A DNA stretch of 64,000 nt, taken from positions 68,324,001 to 68,388,000 of the forward strand of contig OX597820.1 in the NCBI GenBank assembly GCA_951406725.2, given 5' to 3'. Position numbers and translations under genes: made by a program. Shown here one piece after another: positions 1 through 12,869 of the stretch. Under the pieces are notes generated by a model. That model was not told the DNA's origin. It did not search any database and saw only the letters and a program-made list of their open reading frames with translations. How positions within the stretch are numbered: position 1 is the stretch's first letter; every line of letters begins with the position of its first letter. The DNA is from Octopus vulgaris (taxonomy: Eukaryota).

Positions 1-84
1 CGAGATATTTGCGACGCCAGTGATTTGTGAGTCATCTATTTTTCTGTATTAGTAGAAAGGAAATTTGTCTAAGCAAGGGTACTA

Positions 85-125
85 GCTACTGATGACGAGC
101 AAAGTAGAAGAAATCATGATTTAGT
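85..125 (+). ncRNA. Degenerate minimal hammerhead ribozyme motif (Penelope-type)
   Basis: gcta-CTGATGA-(14 nt, no clear stem II)-GAAA-tcatga(palindrome)-TT-tagt. Core, stem III and stem I are present; stem II is not paired. Confidence 0.35.
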
Positions 126-307
126 AATTCCATTATAGCTGCTGGCCGGTTTGCTCAGCTACTGGTACACTTTTATGCTTTTTAGCAATGTCGTCTACCC
201 GAGAAGCTCTCACGAGACAAATATTGCACTTTGGGGGTTTTTTTGTGGATAGAATAAGATATACAAAATATTATTTTCAAACAATACTGCTCCGACGTTA
301 ATAACAA

Positions 308-368
308 ATACATACATACATACATACATACATACATACATACATACATACATACATACATACATACA

Positions 369-400
<32 letters not shown>

Positions 401-411
401 CACACACATAT
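308..411. repeat. (TACA)n microsatellite
   Basis: Direct reading; source of the CMYV-repeat ORFs. Confidence 0.95.
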
Positions 412-502
412 ACGACGGAATTCGTTCAGTTTCCGGGCTATTGTAGAATACATCTAGCCAAGTTGCCACGCAGTGGCACTGAACTCGGAGCCATCTGGTA
501 GG
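412..502 (-). mobile_element. Partial head of tRNA-derived SINE family A
   Basis: gccacgcagtggcactgaactcggagccat resembles the reverse-oriented family A head at 42081-42244. Confidence 0.6.
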
Positions 503-565
503 TACTTAAGTTGAAGCACCAAGTAAGTGCGGTATTGTCCGTACAGCTCAAAGTGAAGTGAATAA

Positions 566-881
566 AATCAAAATAAGCAACAGGATATCAAGAGGTGATG
601 CAGTACGACCGTTTCAAACGTTTCCATTTAATTGAAGAATGCAATCATTACATCAATTTAAATGCAGGGGGACAGACACGTTAATATAATTTTACTTCAA
701 TTCTCTAATAGAGAAACTAAGTTAAATTATATTAATGTGTCCAATTGATTAAAAAATTCTATCTATTTATGCTGCCGAGGATAGCCCTGCATTTAAATTG
801 ATGTTATGATTGCACTGTTCAATTAAATGGAGCCTCTTGAAACGGTCGTACTGCATCACCTCGATATCTTGTTGCTCATTT

Positions 882-885
<4 letters not shown>
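566..885. mobile_element. Foldback remnant with ~105-bp inverted arms (Penelope-like)
   Basis: Left arm atcaaaataagcaacaggatatc...tttaaatgcaggg is the diverged reverse complement of right arm ccctgcatttaaa...gatatcttgttgctcattttgat. It abuts (TA)n and keeps GAAACGGTCGTA, resembling a hammerhead 3' half. Confidence 0.6.
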
Positions 886-922
<37 letters not shown>

Positions 923-2429
923 TAATACATACATGTATACATACATGCATTCGCGCATATATATCTTTATATATATGTACACTCATACACAGATAAGTTC
1001 CCTAGTCAGAGGTATACTCTTCCGCACTCAACTCATTTGGGACAAATAAATAAATTTTAAGGCATCTAGTGGAATGTTTAAACCGAAAAGTGAGATAGCA
1101 GAACATCAGATCTATGCTAAAGCCATTATTTAGCGCTGGCCATTTTCCTCCTATATAATTTAAATATCTAATTCTGAACGAATGTCTCGCTAAGGTTTTC
1201 AATACCCGCTTTTTTAAACCTTTTTTAAAAAAAATTTATATACGTTCAATGTTTTTCAATCCACCACCAACCCTAACCAAATGCTTTATTCCTTAAGTAA
1301 GGCATTTTCCTTTCTTTTGTTCCCTTTTCTTTTTATTTCTTTTTAACGCTTTGAACTAAAACAATACCAACGACGGATTAAATTTCCTGTTTTGGAGTCA
1401 TGATGCCTTGTTGATAGTATTAATTTCTTTAGTCAACAGCTATTTAGGTGAGCTAGTACACATTGGCTATTCATCAAGGAAAGACAACATCCACGCCCAT
1501 TTTGCTCGTCTACTTTAACGTTTAAAAGCATAAAAGAATGGCCGCCCTTGCCGCCATCTGCAATCAATCAACAGTGACATGAGAGAGGAGGAGTCATAAA
1601 AGATTACACGATGCAATAACACTCATTTTGTCAATGGCTTCACCCTTATAAATGTTCTAATCTTTGACTTTCACCACTAATCAATTATTATTTACACTGC
1701 TGTCTTTTCCCCCACACTGGGCGGGCTGCATGTTGAAAATAAATATTATGATGCTATCGCTTGTACCTCGTTGCGGTTGACTAAATATTATGGCAGTTAA
1801 AGTGAAGAATTAGAGTTGACAGACACACTCTCGAGTCTTAATGTTTATTGGCGGCGGGCTGCCAATTGTTAAGGTTGAAAGAAAATAATACATTTAAAAC
1901 CGCAGCCACTCAGTTGACTCCTTTACAAAAGCTATAAATAAGCGTTTAATTATCTTAGAAGTACAGGTGAATAAAAGGTTAATGATCCGTTAATAAATTA
2001 CGGAAAAATAGAGGCGTTAAGATTATAATAAGCCATTTTCATAAGACAGTTGCTCGCCTGCCTAGCTTTCTCATCGCCTTACGTTGCTACTATTACTATG
2101 TCAGGGTGTAATAAAGATGATATTTTAAAAGTAAATTGGGGTTGATGCTGTGACAGCTTAATCGTGTTGACAAGACAGATAAAATAGCGAATAATTACTT
2201 AGTGGCTGCCCAAACAGCTTGACAGACCAGACAGCAAATATTTTGAAGAGAAATAACGCAAGGTATTGCTGGAGAGTAATAACTGTAGGATAAATGACAG
2301 ATATTTGAAAGTAACAAATAATAAAAAGAATAAAAAGAACGGAATTGATCGCAGGGAAAATAGTACAAAATAAATCGAAATATGAAAACAAGTAAATTAT
2401 TAAAATGATCAGAGAATGTGGTCCATAAT

Positions 2430-2516
2430 TTCTCTCTCCCTCTCTCTCTCTCTCTCTCCCTCACTCTCTCTCTCTCTCTCTCTCCCTCTCTCCTTCTCTC
2501 CCCCTCTCTCTCTCTA

Positions 2517-2565
<49 letters not shown>

Positions 2566-2630
2566 GTGTGTGTGTCTGTCAGTTTGTCTGTCTGTCTGTC
2601 TTTCTATCCCGATATATGTGTGTGTGTGTA
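2430..2630. repeat. Compound (CT)n/(TCTG)n/(TG)n microsatellite
   Basis: Direct reading. Confidence 0.9.
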
Positions 2631-3244
2631 GTTATACGTATGCATATATGTATAAAAGAAAAAGAGAGGACAAAGGAATACAAGATTATGTTATGAACTT
2701 CATACAGCTGTTTCTGCTATGAGATGCAGTGCCTTTATAGTTAAGTACCTGAATAACAACTTACAGCTTCATCGGAGCCTCGTATATGAGGTGCAATTTA
2801 ATTGGAAAAAATTAAATTTGTGCATTGTTGTAGCGGGACAAAACAGCCCCTCCACACATTCCAGCGGTTTCCTTTGCCAAATCACTAGGTTATGGGAACG
2901 TAAACAAAGCGTCACCAGTTGTTAAGCGGTGTTGGAGGACAAACACAAAGATACACGTATACATACATATATGTGTTTATTCAGTAATCATATGTTTAGT
3001 TTAAATAGTTTCCATGTATCAGGCATGCTGTGCCGTTTGATTAATAATTATTTTGACTGTGTTTGCAGTTTGATCGTTATATTTATGTTATTAATGTCTT
3101 GTAATTCGGAGGATATTTTTCATATCGGTATTATTTTATAATATATATGTATATGTTTATTTTATTATATTTATTGATTTTATTTCTATTTTTAATAAGA
3201 AAGTTATTCACTTTATTTTATATCATAAGAATATCCAATGAATA

Positions 3245-3820
3245 TTCTTTTCTCCTCCAGGCACAAGGCCCGAAATTTTTGGGGAGGCGGCCAGTCGATT
3301 AGATCGACCCCAATTGGCAACTGGTACTTAATTTGTCGACACCGAAAGGATGAAAGACAAAGTCGACCTCGGCGGAATTTGAACTCTGAACGTAAAGACA
3401 TACGAAATATCTATTTCTTTACTACCCACAAGGGGCTAAACACAGAGAGGACAAACAAGGACAGATAAATAGATTAAGTCGATTATATCGACTCCAGTGC
3501 GTAACTGGTACTTATTTAATCGACCCCGAAAGGATGAAAGGCAAAGTCTCGGCGGAATTTGAACTCAGAACGTAGCGGCAGACGAAATACCCATTTCTTT
3601 ACTACCCACAAGGGGCTAAATACAGAGGAGACAAACAAGGGCAGACAGAAGGATTAAGTTGATTATATCGACCCTAGTGCGTAACTGGTACTTATATAAT
3701 CGACTCCGAAAGGATGAAAGGCAAAGTCGACCTCGGTTGAATTTGAACTCAGAACGTAACGACAGACGAAATACGGCTACGCATTTCGCCCGGAGTGCTT
3801 ACGTTTCTGCCAGCTCGCCA
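3245..3820 (-). mobile_element. Trimeric tRNA-derived SINE family B (Nin-domain-like core)
   Basis: Three repeats of actggtact...cgaaaggatgaaag(g/a)caaagtc...ggcggaatttgaactc, ending in the head tttctgccagctcgcc. Same layout as 31316-31880. The Nin-domain label is from memory. Confidence 0.85.
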
Positions 3821-3832
3821 CCTTTCTTCACT

Positions 3833-4012
3833 CGTTTATTATTGTTCTTATTTTATCGACCCTAACATACACGTGTTCCTCCTGCTTCGCCTAGGTCATT
3901 ATCGGAGCAGGAGCATACTTGTGGTTGGAAAGGTCACTGAAGAGGTCACGAAGTTGTAACGAAAGATTTACAGTCAATGAACATTAAGATAAAATAAGAA
4001 CAATAATTAACG
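3833..4012. mobile_element. Short inverted-repeat element with a hammerhead-like core remnant
   Basis: cgtttattattgttcttattttatc (3833-3857) versus gataaaataagaacaataattaacg (3988-4012). Internal CTGAAGA-ggtcac gaagtt gtaac-GAAA at ~3937-3964. Confidence 0.4.
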
Positions 4013-4224
4013 ACTGTCTTTTGCCGATTTATTAAGTTATGGGGTTGTAAAGAAATAAGCATCGTTTGAGGAGTATTAAGAGATATAAAAAAACTTACAC
4101 TCATACATATATAGAAATCAGTACACGCATGTAAATATGTGTCTATATGCTTATCGGCCTATCTCTCATTCTATCTCCACACGCATATACATACAAACAC
4201 ATATATCCATACAAACACATATAT

Positions 4225-4380
4225 ATGTCAATGTAAATAGTCTCTTAGTCCTTACTGGTGAAGAGCGTAGGCTTGAAACGTAAAAGACTTTTTCATATTT
4301 CCCGGGTGTCAAACTAATACACTTGCTTGTAGTTCATACACCTGCCTTCGTCTTTTGTTTTTCTCCAAATTTCAACTATA
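4225..4380 (+). mobile_element. Penelope-type terminal remnant with degenerate minimal hammerhead (4248-4288)
   Basis: gtcctta-CTGGTGA-a-gagc gtag gctt-GAAA-cg-TA-aaagac. One core substitution (CTGATGA>CTGGTGA); stems I and II still pair with wobbles. Confidence 0.55.
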
Positions 4381-4451
4381 TGCGAAACTATAAATGTACC
4401 TCTTCCCCTCTCTTTTTCAACACACATACACACAGTCACACATACACACAG

Positions 4452-4482
<31 letters not shown>

Positions 4483-4504
4483 CACACGCAAATAGGATAG
4501 CATA

Positions 4505-4665
4505 ATATTGGTTTCAAATTCTGGCAGACGGCCAGCAATTTCAGGGAAGTGGGTAAGTCGATTACATCGACCCCAGTGCTCAACTGATACTTATTTTATC
4601 AACCCTGAAAGGATGAAAGGCAAATTCGACCTGGGTGGAATTTGAACTCAAAACGTAAAGACGGA
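4505..4665 (-). mobile_element. SINE family B fragment
   Basis: gtcgattacatcgaccccagtgctcaactgatac...aaggatgaaaggcaaattcgacc core. Confidence 0.75.
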
Positions 4666-4849
4666 AGTGTATGTTATAATATCATACAGGAAAATATACA
4701 TATATTTTCATACAATAGCTTCAATACACCACGCATTTCCAAAATTAGAACTCTTTTGCACAAATGACCTCTTAATGATGCATCAACCAGGTCGCAACCG
4801 CTGCCATGAATTTTATTGACACTATAACAATGAACAACAATATGCTTCG

Positions 4850-4941
<92 letters not shown>

Positions 4942-5389
4942 GTATCTATCTATCTAGTTACGTACATGTATGTGTGTGTAATACACACATGTACAGGTAT
5001 AGTATCACCAGCAAGTAAGAATGGAATGAATCTTAGGATGGTCGAAGAAAAGAATAATAATACACAAAAAAAAAAGCCACGGTCAGAGTGTGTTAAACTG
5101 AGAGCTCAAATGTATAGGTAGGTGACAGAAAAATGTGAGCAATGTATGTTATGATGATAATGACTATGGAACAAAAGCAAGCAAATTAAGAATTGAAGAA
5201 AAATATGGCTAAAGTATTGTAAGCTTTGTTCCACTACTTTTGTAGTTTGACGGTAAGGAGGGACCGTATGATTTGAGAAAATTGGCCAAGAAACCGTAAT
5301 GAATATTATCAGAGAAACTAATTGCGTTAAATGTCACTTCTTAAAAATACATATTGCGATGACGTATATACATTATACTTGTAAGCATA

Positions 5390-5400
5390 TAGATATATGT

Positions 5401-5451
<51 letters not shown>

Positions 5452-5725
5452 CATACATATACATATATATATATACATACATATATATATATATATACAT
5501 ACATATATATATATATACATACATATATATATATATACATACATATATATATATATATACATACATATATATATATATATATACATACATATATATATAT
5601 ATATACATACATATATATATATATATACATACATATATATATATACATACATATATATATATATATACATACATATATATATATACATATATGTATGTAT
5701 ATATATATATGTATGTATATATATA

Positions 5726-5774
<49 letters not shown>

Positions 5775-5779
5775 TATAC

Positions 5780-5830
<51 letters not shown>
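5390..5830. repeat. Long (TA)n/(TACA)n compound microsatellite
   Basis: Direct reading, ~440 bp; source of the YI-repeat ORFs. Confidence 0.95.
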
Positions 5831-5831
<1 letters not shown>

Positions 5832-6664
5832 CTAATATGTATGTATCTATATATGTATATATGCATGAATGTATGTGTGCATATATGTGGCAAGAAGTAT
5901 TCTGTTGCTCAGGAATGACAAGCAAAAGACAAAAAAAATAGCAATGTGGGAGCTACTCATAATGAATGAATGAATAAATAATTCAATAATTGGCAGCACG
6001 ATGGAGATAATGATTCCAAGATGAAAAATGGAACCCAGTAAAGAAGCAGTTATTAATAGTTAGTCACTTCCTTTCTTGTGGTATGTATTGCTTTTTGTCA
6101 TCATTTTTTTTTAGTATACACTATTGTTCACTTTGAATACACAGATACACAAACACACACATGCACGCATATATATATATATGTGTGTGTGTAAGTATAT
6201 ATATATATATATCTGTGGTAGTTAAAGTTCATTACTGGTTCATGACCACGATGTTTCATACGGGTGACGATAATCGTTAGTTGGATAATGAACGAAGAAT
6301 TGTATTTAAACAATAGTTATGGAAAGGTATTCTGTATCGACGGTGACATGTTAGTCAGTGTCATAGCATTGTGATTGATCATGATAATACATCCCACCGT
6401 TATGAGTTAATTTGCAGTAGTCTAAAGAAAGTGTATGATTGAAGGTAAAGTGGTTAGTGGTTGGCCAACCCCGCCATGCTTAAATATATACTTGAGCAAA
6501 GTTCACGCTATCAATGAGCCCCCCTAACCCAAATGCATAAACACACAGAGACACAAACACACACACATACACACCGACACCCCACCACACACAGATGTAT
6601 TAGAGCGCAAGCAAAAAACGGTTGAATGGATGAACAGAAAGAGGGAAAAGTAAGCTCTGAGATA

Positions 6665-6714
<50 letters not shown>

Positions 6715-6716
<2 letters not shown>

Positions 6717-6851
6717 CGCAGGAGTATCTGCGTGGCAAATAGCTTGCTTACCAGCAATATGGTTCCGGGTTCAGTCCCACTGGGTGGCACCTCGGGCCGA
6801 CCAAAGCCTTGTAAGTGGATTTGGTAGACGCAAACTGAAAGAAGCCCGTAG

Positions 6852-6883
<32 letters not shown>

Positions 6884-7190
6884 CGTGTGTGTGTGTGTGT
6901 GTATGTGTGTGTATGTGTGTGTATGTGTGTGTGTATGTGCGTGTGTATGTGTGTGTGTTTGTGTGTGTGTGTGTATATATGCGTGTGTATGTTTGAGTAT
7001 CTGTGTTTGTCCCCCACAACTGATGCTGGTGCATTTACGTCCCCGTAACTTAGCGGTTCGGCAAAAGCGTCCGATAGAATACGTACTAGGCTTACAAAGA
7101 CTAAGTCCTGGGGTCGATTTGTTCGATGAAAGGCGGTGTTCCAGCATGGCCGCAGTCAAATGACTGAAGCATGTAAAAGATAAAAGAATA
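6715..7190 (+). mobile_element. tRNA-derived SINE family A with internal (TA)/(TG) microsatellite
   Basis: Head ggcgcaggagt...tggttccgggttcagtccc (B-box-like), body ccaaagccttgtaagtggatttggtagacg, microsatellite, tail ccagcatggccgcagtcaaatgactgaa. Confidence 0.9.
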
Positions 7191-7401
7191 ATATACATGC
7201 AGTCCACTGTTCTAGCTTTGCTTCGCTCGTGGGGCAGTTGTCTATCATGTCAGTATGTATAAATGTACTTTTACGTATCAGTAAGTGGTTTAACTCTTAT
7301 TTCTAGCAATATATGTGTTAGTGACAATTAAACTTTGCCTCTACGGTTTATATTGCCCAGCTGCCCACACTAGTTTTGTACAACATATGTGTATGCATGT
7401 A

Positions 7402-7604
7402 TTCTTTTCTTTTATTCTTTTAATTGTTATAGTTATTTGACTGCGGCCATGCTGGAGCACCGCCTTTAGTCGAGCAAATCGACCCCAGGAATATATCTTT
7501 TGTAAGCCTAGTACTTATTCTATCGGATCTCTCTTGCCGACCCGCTAAGTTAGGGAGACGTAAACACACCAGCACCGGCTGCGAAGCGATGTTGGACACA
7601 CACA

Positions 7605-7639
<35 letters not shown>

Positions 7640-7966
7640 ACACACACACACACACACGTAACTATAGTATGTGACAATTATTCGGTAGTCAAACTCCGAA
7701 TTTCGGATGTCGAAACTCGGAATTTGGCTATCGAATAATTGTCAGATATTATATTTACAGATAAATTCCGCTATTTACATAATATCGTGGTCTCTTTCAT
7801 CCTTTCAAAGTCTTGCCATTTCTTTCAATATATATACACACGACGGGCTTCTTTCAGTTTCTGTCTACCAAATCCACTCACAAGGCTTTGGTCAGCCCGA
7901 GTACGACTGAACCCAGAACCATGTGGTTGGTAAGCAAGCTACTCTCTACACAGCCACTCCTACGCC
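7402..7966 (-). mobile_element. SINE family A, with a palindromic insertion in its internal microsatellite
   Basis: Reverse-complement tail 7402-7600 and head 7840-7966; ~7660-7830 is foreign sequence. Confidence 0.85.
7664..7752. repeat. Imperfect palindrome (~40-bp arms) nested in a SINE
   Basis: tgacaattattcggtagtcaaactccgaatttcgg / tcgaaactcggaatttggctatcgaataattgtca; differences are transitions. Confidence 0.8.
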
Positions 7967-7998
<32 letters not shown>

Positions 7999-8289
7999 TG
8001 TATGTATGTATGTATGTATGTATGTATGTGTATATATATACGCACATACATATATATACGCACATACATATATATAACTATATGTATATATGTATGTATA
8101 ATTATATAGATATGATTATAATTAAGGGTATTTAGAATAGCACCAAAATGCTAGAGATAGACGTCAAGTGACTCTAAAACTAAATCATTTTGCGCTCCAA
8201 TAGTACAGGTCATTTTATAATGATTTTATCCTTAATTATGTATACATATATACATATAAAATACATATATATACATATATATATACAGC

Positions 8290-8420
8290 TATCGACTTTG
8301 CCTTTCATCCTTTCGGGGTCGATAAATTAAGTACTTGTTACGCACTGGGGTTGATATAATAGACATAATCCGTTTGTCTGTCCTTGTTTGTCCCCTCTGT
8401 GTGTAGTAAAGAAATAAGAT
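8290..8420 (+). mobile_element. SINE family B 3' fragment
   Basis: tcgactttgcctttcatcctttcggggtcgataaattaagtac...gtagtaaagaaataag. Confidence 0.8.
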
Positions 8421-8486
8421 TATATATATGTAAAGAAATAAGATTATATATATGTATATATATATATATGTTCATATGTATTTGTG

Positions 8487-8542
<56 letters not shown>

Positions 8543-8574
8543 CATATGTATTTGTGTATGTATATATATATATA

Positions 8575-8980
8575 GGTGCAGGAGTGGCTGTGTTGTAAGA
8601 AGCTTGCTTTCCAACCACATGATTTTGCGTTCGGTCCGACTGCATGTCACCTTGGGCAGGGGTCTTCTATGCCCTCGCCCTCGCGTCAACCAAAGCCCTG
8701 CGAGTGAATTTGGTAGACTGAAACTGAAAGAATCTCGTCGTATATAGTTATATATATATATGTATTTACGTGTCTGTATTTGTCCCCACCACCATCACTT
8801 GGCAAACGATGTTGGTGTGTTCAAGTCCCCGTAACTTAGCGGTTCGGAGAATGGGACGGATTGAATAAGTACGATGCATACAAAGACTTAGACCTGGGGT
8901 CGATTTGTTCGGCTAAATGTGGTGCTCCAGCACTGCCGCTGTCAAATGACTGAAACAAGTGAAATAGTAAAAGAGTAAAA
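8575..8980 (+). mobile_element. SINE family A
   Basis: ggtgcaggagtggctgtgttgtaagaagcttgcttt head through gtcaaatgactgaaacaag tail. Confidence 0.85.
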
Positions 8981-9506
8981 ATATATATTATGTATATATA
9001 AATACGCGCACACATAGATCCACACAGAAACATATGCATAGCATAAAAGCATAATTCTACATTTACTTTCTTATTTGTGCTCAACAGCTGTTTTGTTAAG
9101 CTAAATACCAAATAACAGTAAAATTAATTAAAAAGCTCCAAAACAGCATAAAAGTTATGATATGGTTTGCTGATTAAAGCAACACATCTCCGGCGATTTG
9201 GGTAAACGCAGTTTTTAACTTAATTTAAAATATAATTAATGAAACATTTTAGAAAACAATTAGAGTATGAACTATATGGGAAATTTATGCTAAATATGCT
9301 GCACTTCAAGATCGTTTAACCCAATTACGCATACACATGTTAGTCGGTCCCACTTGTAGTGATTGTAATCTAATAATGTGTTGGAGGTTTAACGAACTCT
9401 TATTAATTGAACCCATAATTATCATGGATTTACTCCTTGATGTTTATATATGAATTATATACACATACACGTATATACATATATGCATATGCATAAATAC
9501 ATTATA

Positions 9507-9568
<62 letters not shown>

Positions 9569-9579
9569 TATATATGTAT

Positions 9580-10150
9580 ATTAGAAGAAATGAGGTACTC
9601 AGAAATCTGGATGGTTTTATATTTAAAGATATTTATTAGTATTTTACATGGTTTTATAAATCATATATTATATATAGCTCTTTCGTCCATTCTGGTGGAG
9701 TCTTCAAATTGAACCAGCTTTTGCAGGAATTTTGACTCTTTTATTGAGTGTGAAGGGGTGGGAAGAGATATAAGATAGTACAACAGGGTGAGGAATGGGG
9801 AGAAAGTGAAAGCGAGCATGTGTGTGTGTGTCTCTGTGTGTATGTGTGTATGTGTGTTTTTGTATCTGAAACAGTTGTTAAAGAAAAAGAAAGAAAGGAA
9901 GAAGGAGAGAACATTTGTTGATATCTTTGCAGCTAGTCAGTTTGTCAATAATAATCGATTCGTGGCTTTTAGTAATGGCAAATCCAGCTGTTCACTCCAA
10001 GGGGGGCAAAATGTCACTTTTCAAAAAATTGTCTGGATTTCCTTTTTATCCAGCATACTAATAAATATCTGTAAATATAAAAACCATCCAGATATCTGAG
10101 TACCTCATTTCTTCTAATGTATAATACCTGTACATTATCTCCAAACCTTC
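9580..10150. mobile_element. Inverted-repeat element in (TA)n, Penelope-like remnant
   Basis: attagaagaaatgaggtactcagaaatctggatggtttt... (9580-9641) is inverted at 10055-10118. The same terminus recurs at 22028-22102. Degenerate hammerhead core on the minus strand at ~9675-9706 (TTGAAGA-ctcca ccagaa tggac-GAAA-gagc-TA). Confidence 0.6.
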
Positions 10151-10154
10151 TATA

Positions 10155-10204
<50 letters not shown>

Positions 10205-10299
10205 CGTATATATATATACGTATATTCAAATCCAGCATCGTGACTAGATTTACACACACACATACATACATACATACACATGGGTACATGTGCTAACGT

Positions 10300-10770
10300 T
10301 TCTTATTTCTTTATTGCCCACAAGGAGCTAAACATAGAGGGGACAAACAAGGACAGACAAGGGGTTTAAGCCGATTACATCGACCTCATTGCGTAACTGG
10401 TACTTAATTTATCGACCCTGAAAGTATGAAAGGCAAAATCGACCTCGGTGAAATTTGAACCTAGAACGTATCGGCTTACGAAATAACACTAAGCATTTCG
10501 CCCGGCGTGCTAACGTTTCTGCCAGCTCGCCGCCTTATAACACTGGGGTAAATGCTGATTTCAAATTTTGGCACAAGGCCAGCAAGTTCTGGGAACGGGC
10601 TAAATTAATATAATCGATTCCAGAACTCAACGGGTATTTATTTTATTAACTCCGAAAGGATGAAATGTAAAGTCGACCTGTGAGGAATTTGAACTCAGAA
10701 CGTAAAGATCGAGGAAATGCTATTAAGCATTTTTCCGGTCGTGTTAATGATTCTTCCATGTTGCCGTCTT
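10300..10770 (-). mobile_element. Two adjacent SINE family B copies
   Basis: 10300-10535 ends in tttctgccagctcgccgcc; 10555-10770 is a more diverged copy. Confidence 0.8.
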
Positions 10771-10820
10771 TATTTACGAGTAAATAATATTTACGAGTAA
10801 ATAATATTTACGAGTAAATA
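10771..10820. repeat. 17-bp tandem repeat x3 of quasi-palindrome tatttacgagtaaataa
   Basis: Direct reading. Confidence 0.85.
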
Positions 10821-11809
10821 TTAACAGCAGTTTTGCTGTTGTTTTTGTGTATAGTACAACAAACAACCGAAGCCCCTTCTTGGTCGCTGGAATGGTAGAA
10901 GAACAGCCAAATCTCTCTCATCACCCATCATACTGTTTTGAGAAAGGAAAAGACATACTAGATAATGTATTTCGAGATATGCATCTAAAAATACAGGAAT
11001 TCATGGCTGGAATGATCTTGATTGTAGTTCTGCTCAATCAGCGTTGACCTGGGGCTAGCAACAATAACAAGAACAACGACAAACAACATTATACAATATA
11101 ATCTCTGGTATTTGTTCTTGCAAGGTTTCCTTGGTGATAATAATGTGATTAGGAATTTGTCTTTGGGGATTCGTCTTCCGTATAACGTCATTTGCATAAC
11201 ATTATCAAATCAATGGTCCAAATGTGGAAATCATTGGAGACAAAGATCATACCATCTTTATTGCATATTCTGCTATTTGGTTTTAGGCTTTGAAGTGATG
11301 GACATACGTTCTGTCTCCAGTGGCATACGTGTATGAAATTCATTGGTCTATGCATATTCTCATTCAATGAAGAGTGATATAGAAAACCGAAAATTGGCAC
11401 TTAATATAGGTTAGCTCGAATGTAGTTTATATTTCAGCTTCATCTGAGATCTAAAATGAAGCAAATAACTTTGGAAAAGTCATTTAATGTGAAGGACGCC
11501 AAGAGCAAAAGATCAACGTCTCGGGTTCAGGAATATATATGCATTTTGAACAGTGTAGGAAGTTTGTTAAAGTTGAGGAATGTATTGATAAAAGAGGGAG
11601 GTTGACACGAAATACTTCCTGCTTGTTCTACTTTAGATTTCAAATAACATACATCTACAACTAAAATATAGCTTTTCGGTTTTCTAACTGAGCTATAGTG
11701 AAACAAGTTAGTTCTTTAATGTGGCTGCTCGACATGCTAAAGCTGAAAGCTAAATTTGCCTGAAATTACTACCATTTTAAAAATAGTAGATGCTGCTTAA
11801 TATCTTGTC

Positions 11810-12030
11810 CATCCTTTAATTGTTTCAGTCACAGGAATGCGGCCATGCTGGGGCACGCCTTGAAAGATTTCAGTTACACAAATGGACCTTGTATTTATGC
11901 TTTTTGAAGTCTAGTTCTTATATTCTATCCATTCCTTTTGCCGAATCACTACGTTGCGGATTCGCAACAATTCAACACTGATAGTCAAGCTGTAGAGGTG
12001 AGGTGATGAACTCAGATACAAAGACTTGCA
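11810..12030 (-). mobile_element. Degenerate SINE family A tail
   Basis: ttgtttcagtca...tgcggccatgctggggcacgcc...ttttgccgaatcact. Confidence 0.6.
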
Positions 12031-12869
12031 TACTCATAAATATAAAGAGGATTTTCTGGCGAGAGAGACTCATATATCTGTTGGGATAAGCAGTTCAATT
12101 GATATTACTTAACATTCTGTACACGCCGCTAATTCAATTTCCTTTCGAAAGTGATAAACCTAATATTGTTCCATTTTGCTAACTAAACCTATTCAGTCTG
12201 GTATCTAATGAAAATATTAACGAAACATTTGTTAACAGAACCTGATATCTATAAAGTATTACATTCTCATCTAAAACATTTATGAATTATTTGTGCTGTG
12301 GCTTTACAATCATCACTCAAATATTATACCCATGATTTCCCTGAAGTGCGTTGTTATAAAATTTGTCGTTTCAGTATATTTTATGTCTTAAACGAAGATA
12401 AGAGCAACGTCTATGAACCTTTCAGGGATACTGAGGCTGGTGGGAGGGTGACAGAGGAAGTTATCCTCAGACTGGAAACCTAGCACGAATGCTTGCAACA
12501 AAATGAACATTACTAAAACACATTCAAGTTGGCCGGTGGTTCTAAGCTGAGCGATGGCTTAAGTAACTACTCATGAAGGCTACAGCAAGATTTGACTTCG
12601 CAAGACAAAGGCCAGAATAACTACCATAAGAAAACGTATCCAACGTTCTAAGGATTCCGCAAGTCTGCCGAACTAGATTAGCACTTCATTTATTGACCCT
12701 CAAAGTGTGAAAGACAAATCTAACCTCATTAGTATTTGAATTCAAAACATAAGAAGCGCCTGACTCTAAAGACTCTGCCAGTGCACAGTTTAAATATGAA
12801 AACCAGAAGTGAAAAATGTTTATATTTTCTAAGATACTACTAACATTTTTGTTTTGGTTTCGAATACAC

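Noticed and set aside
3245-3820. Regularly spaced repeats resembling a CRISPR array (also 31316-31880)
   Set aside because: Units are ~175-bp SINE modules without unique spacers, in a eukaryotic context with no cas genes.
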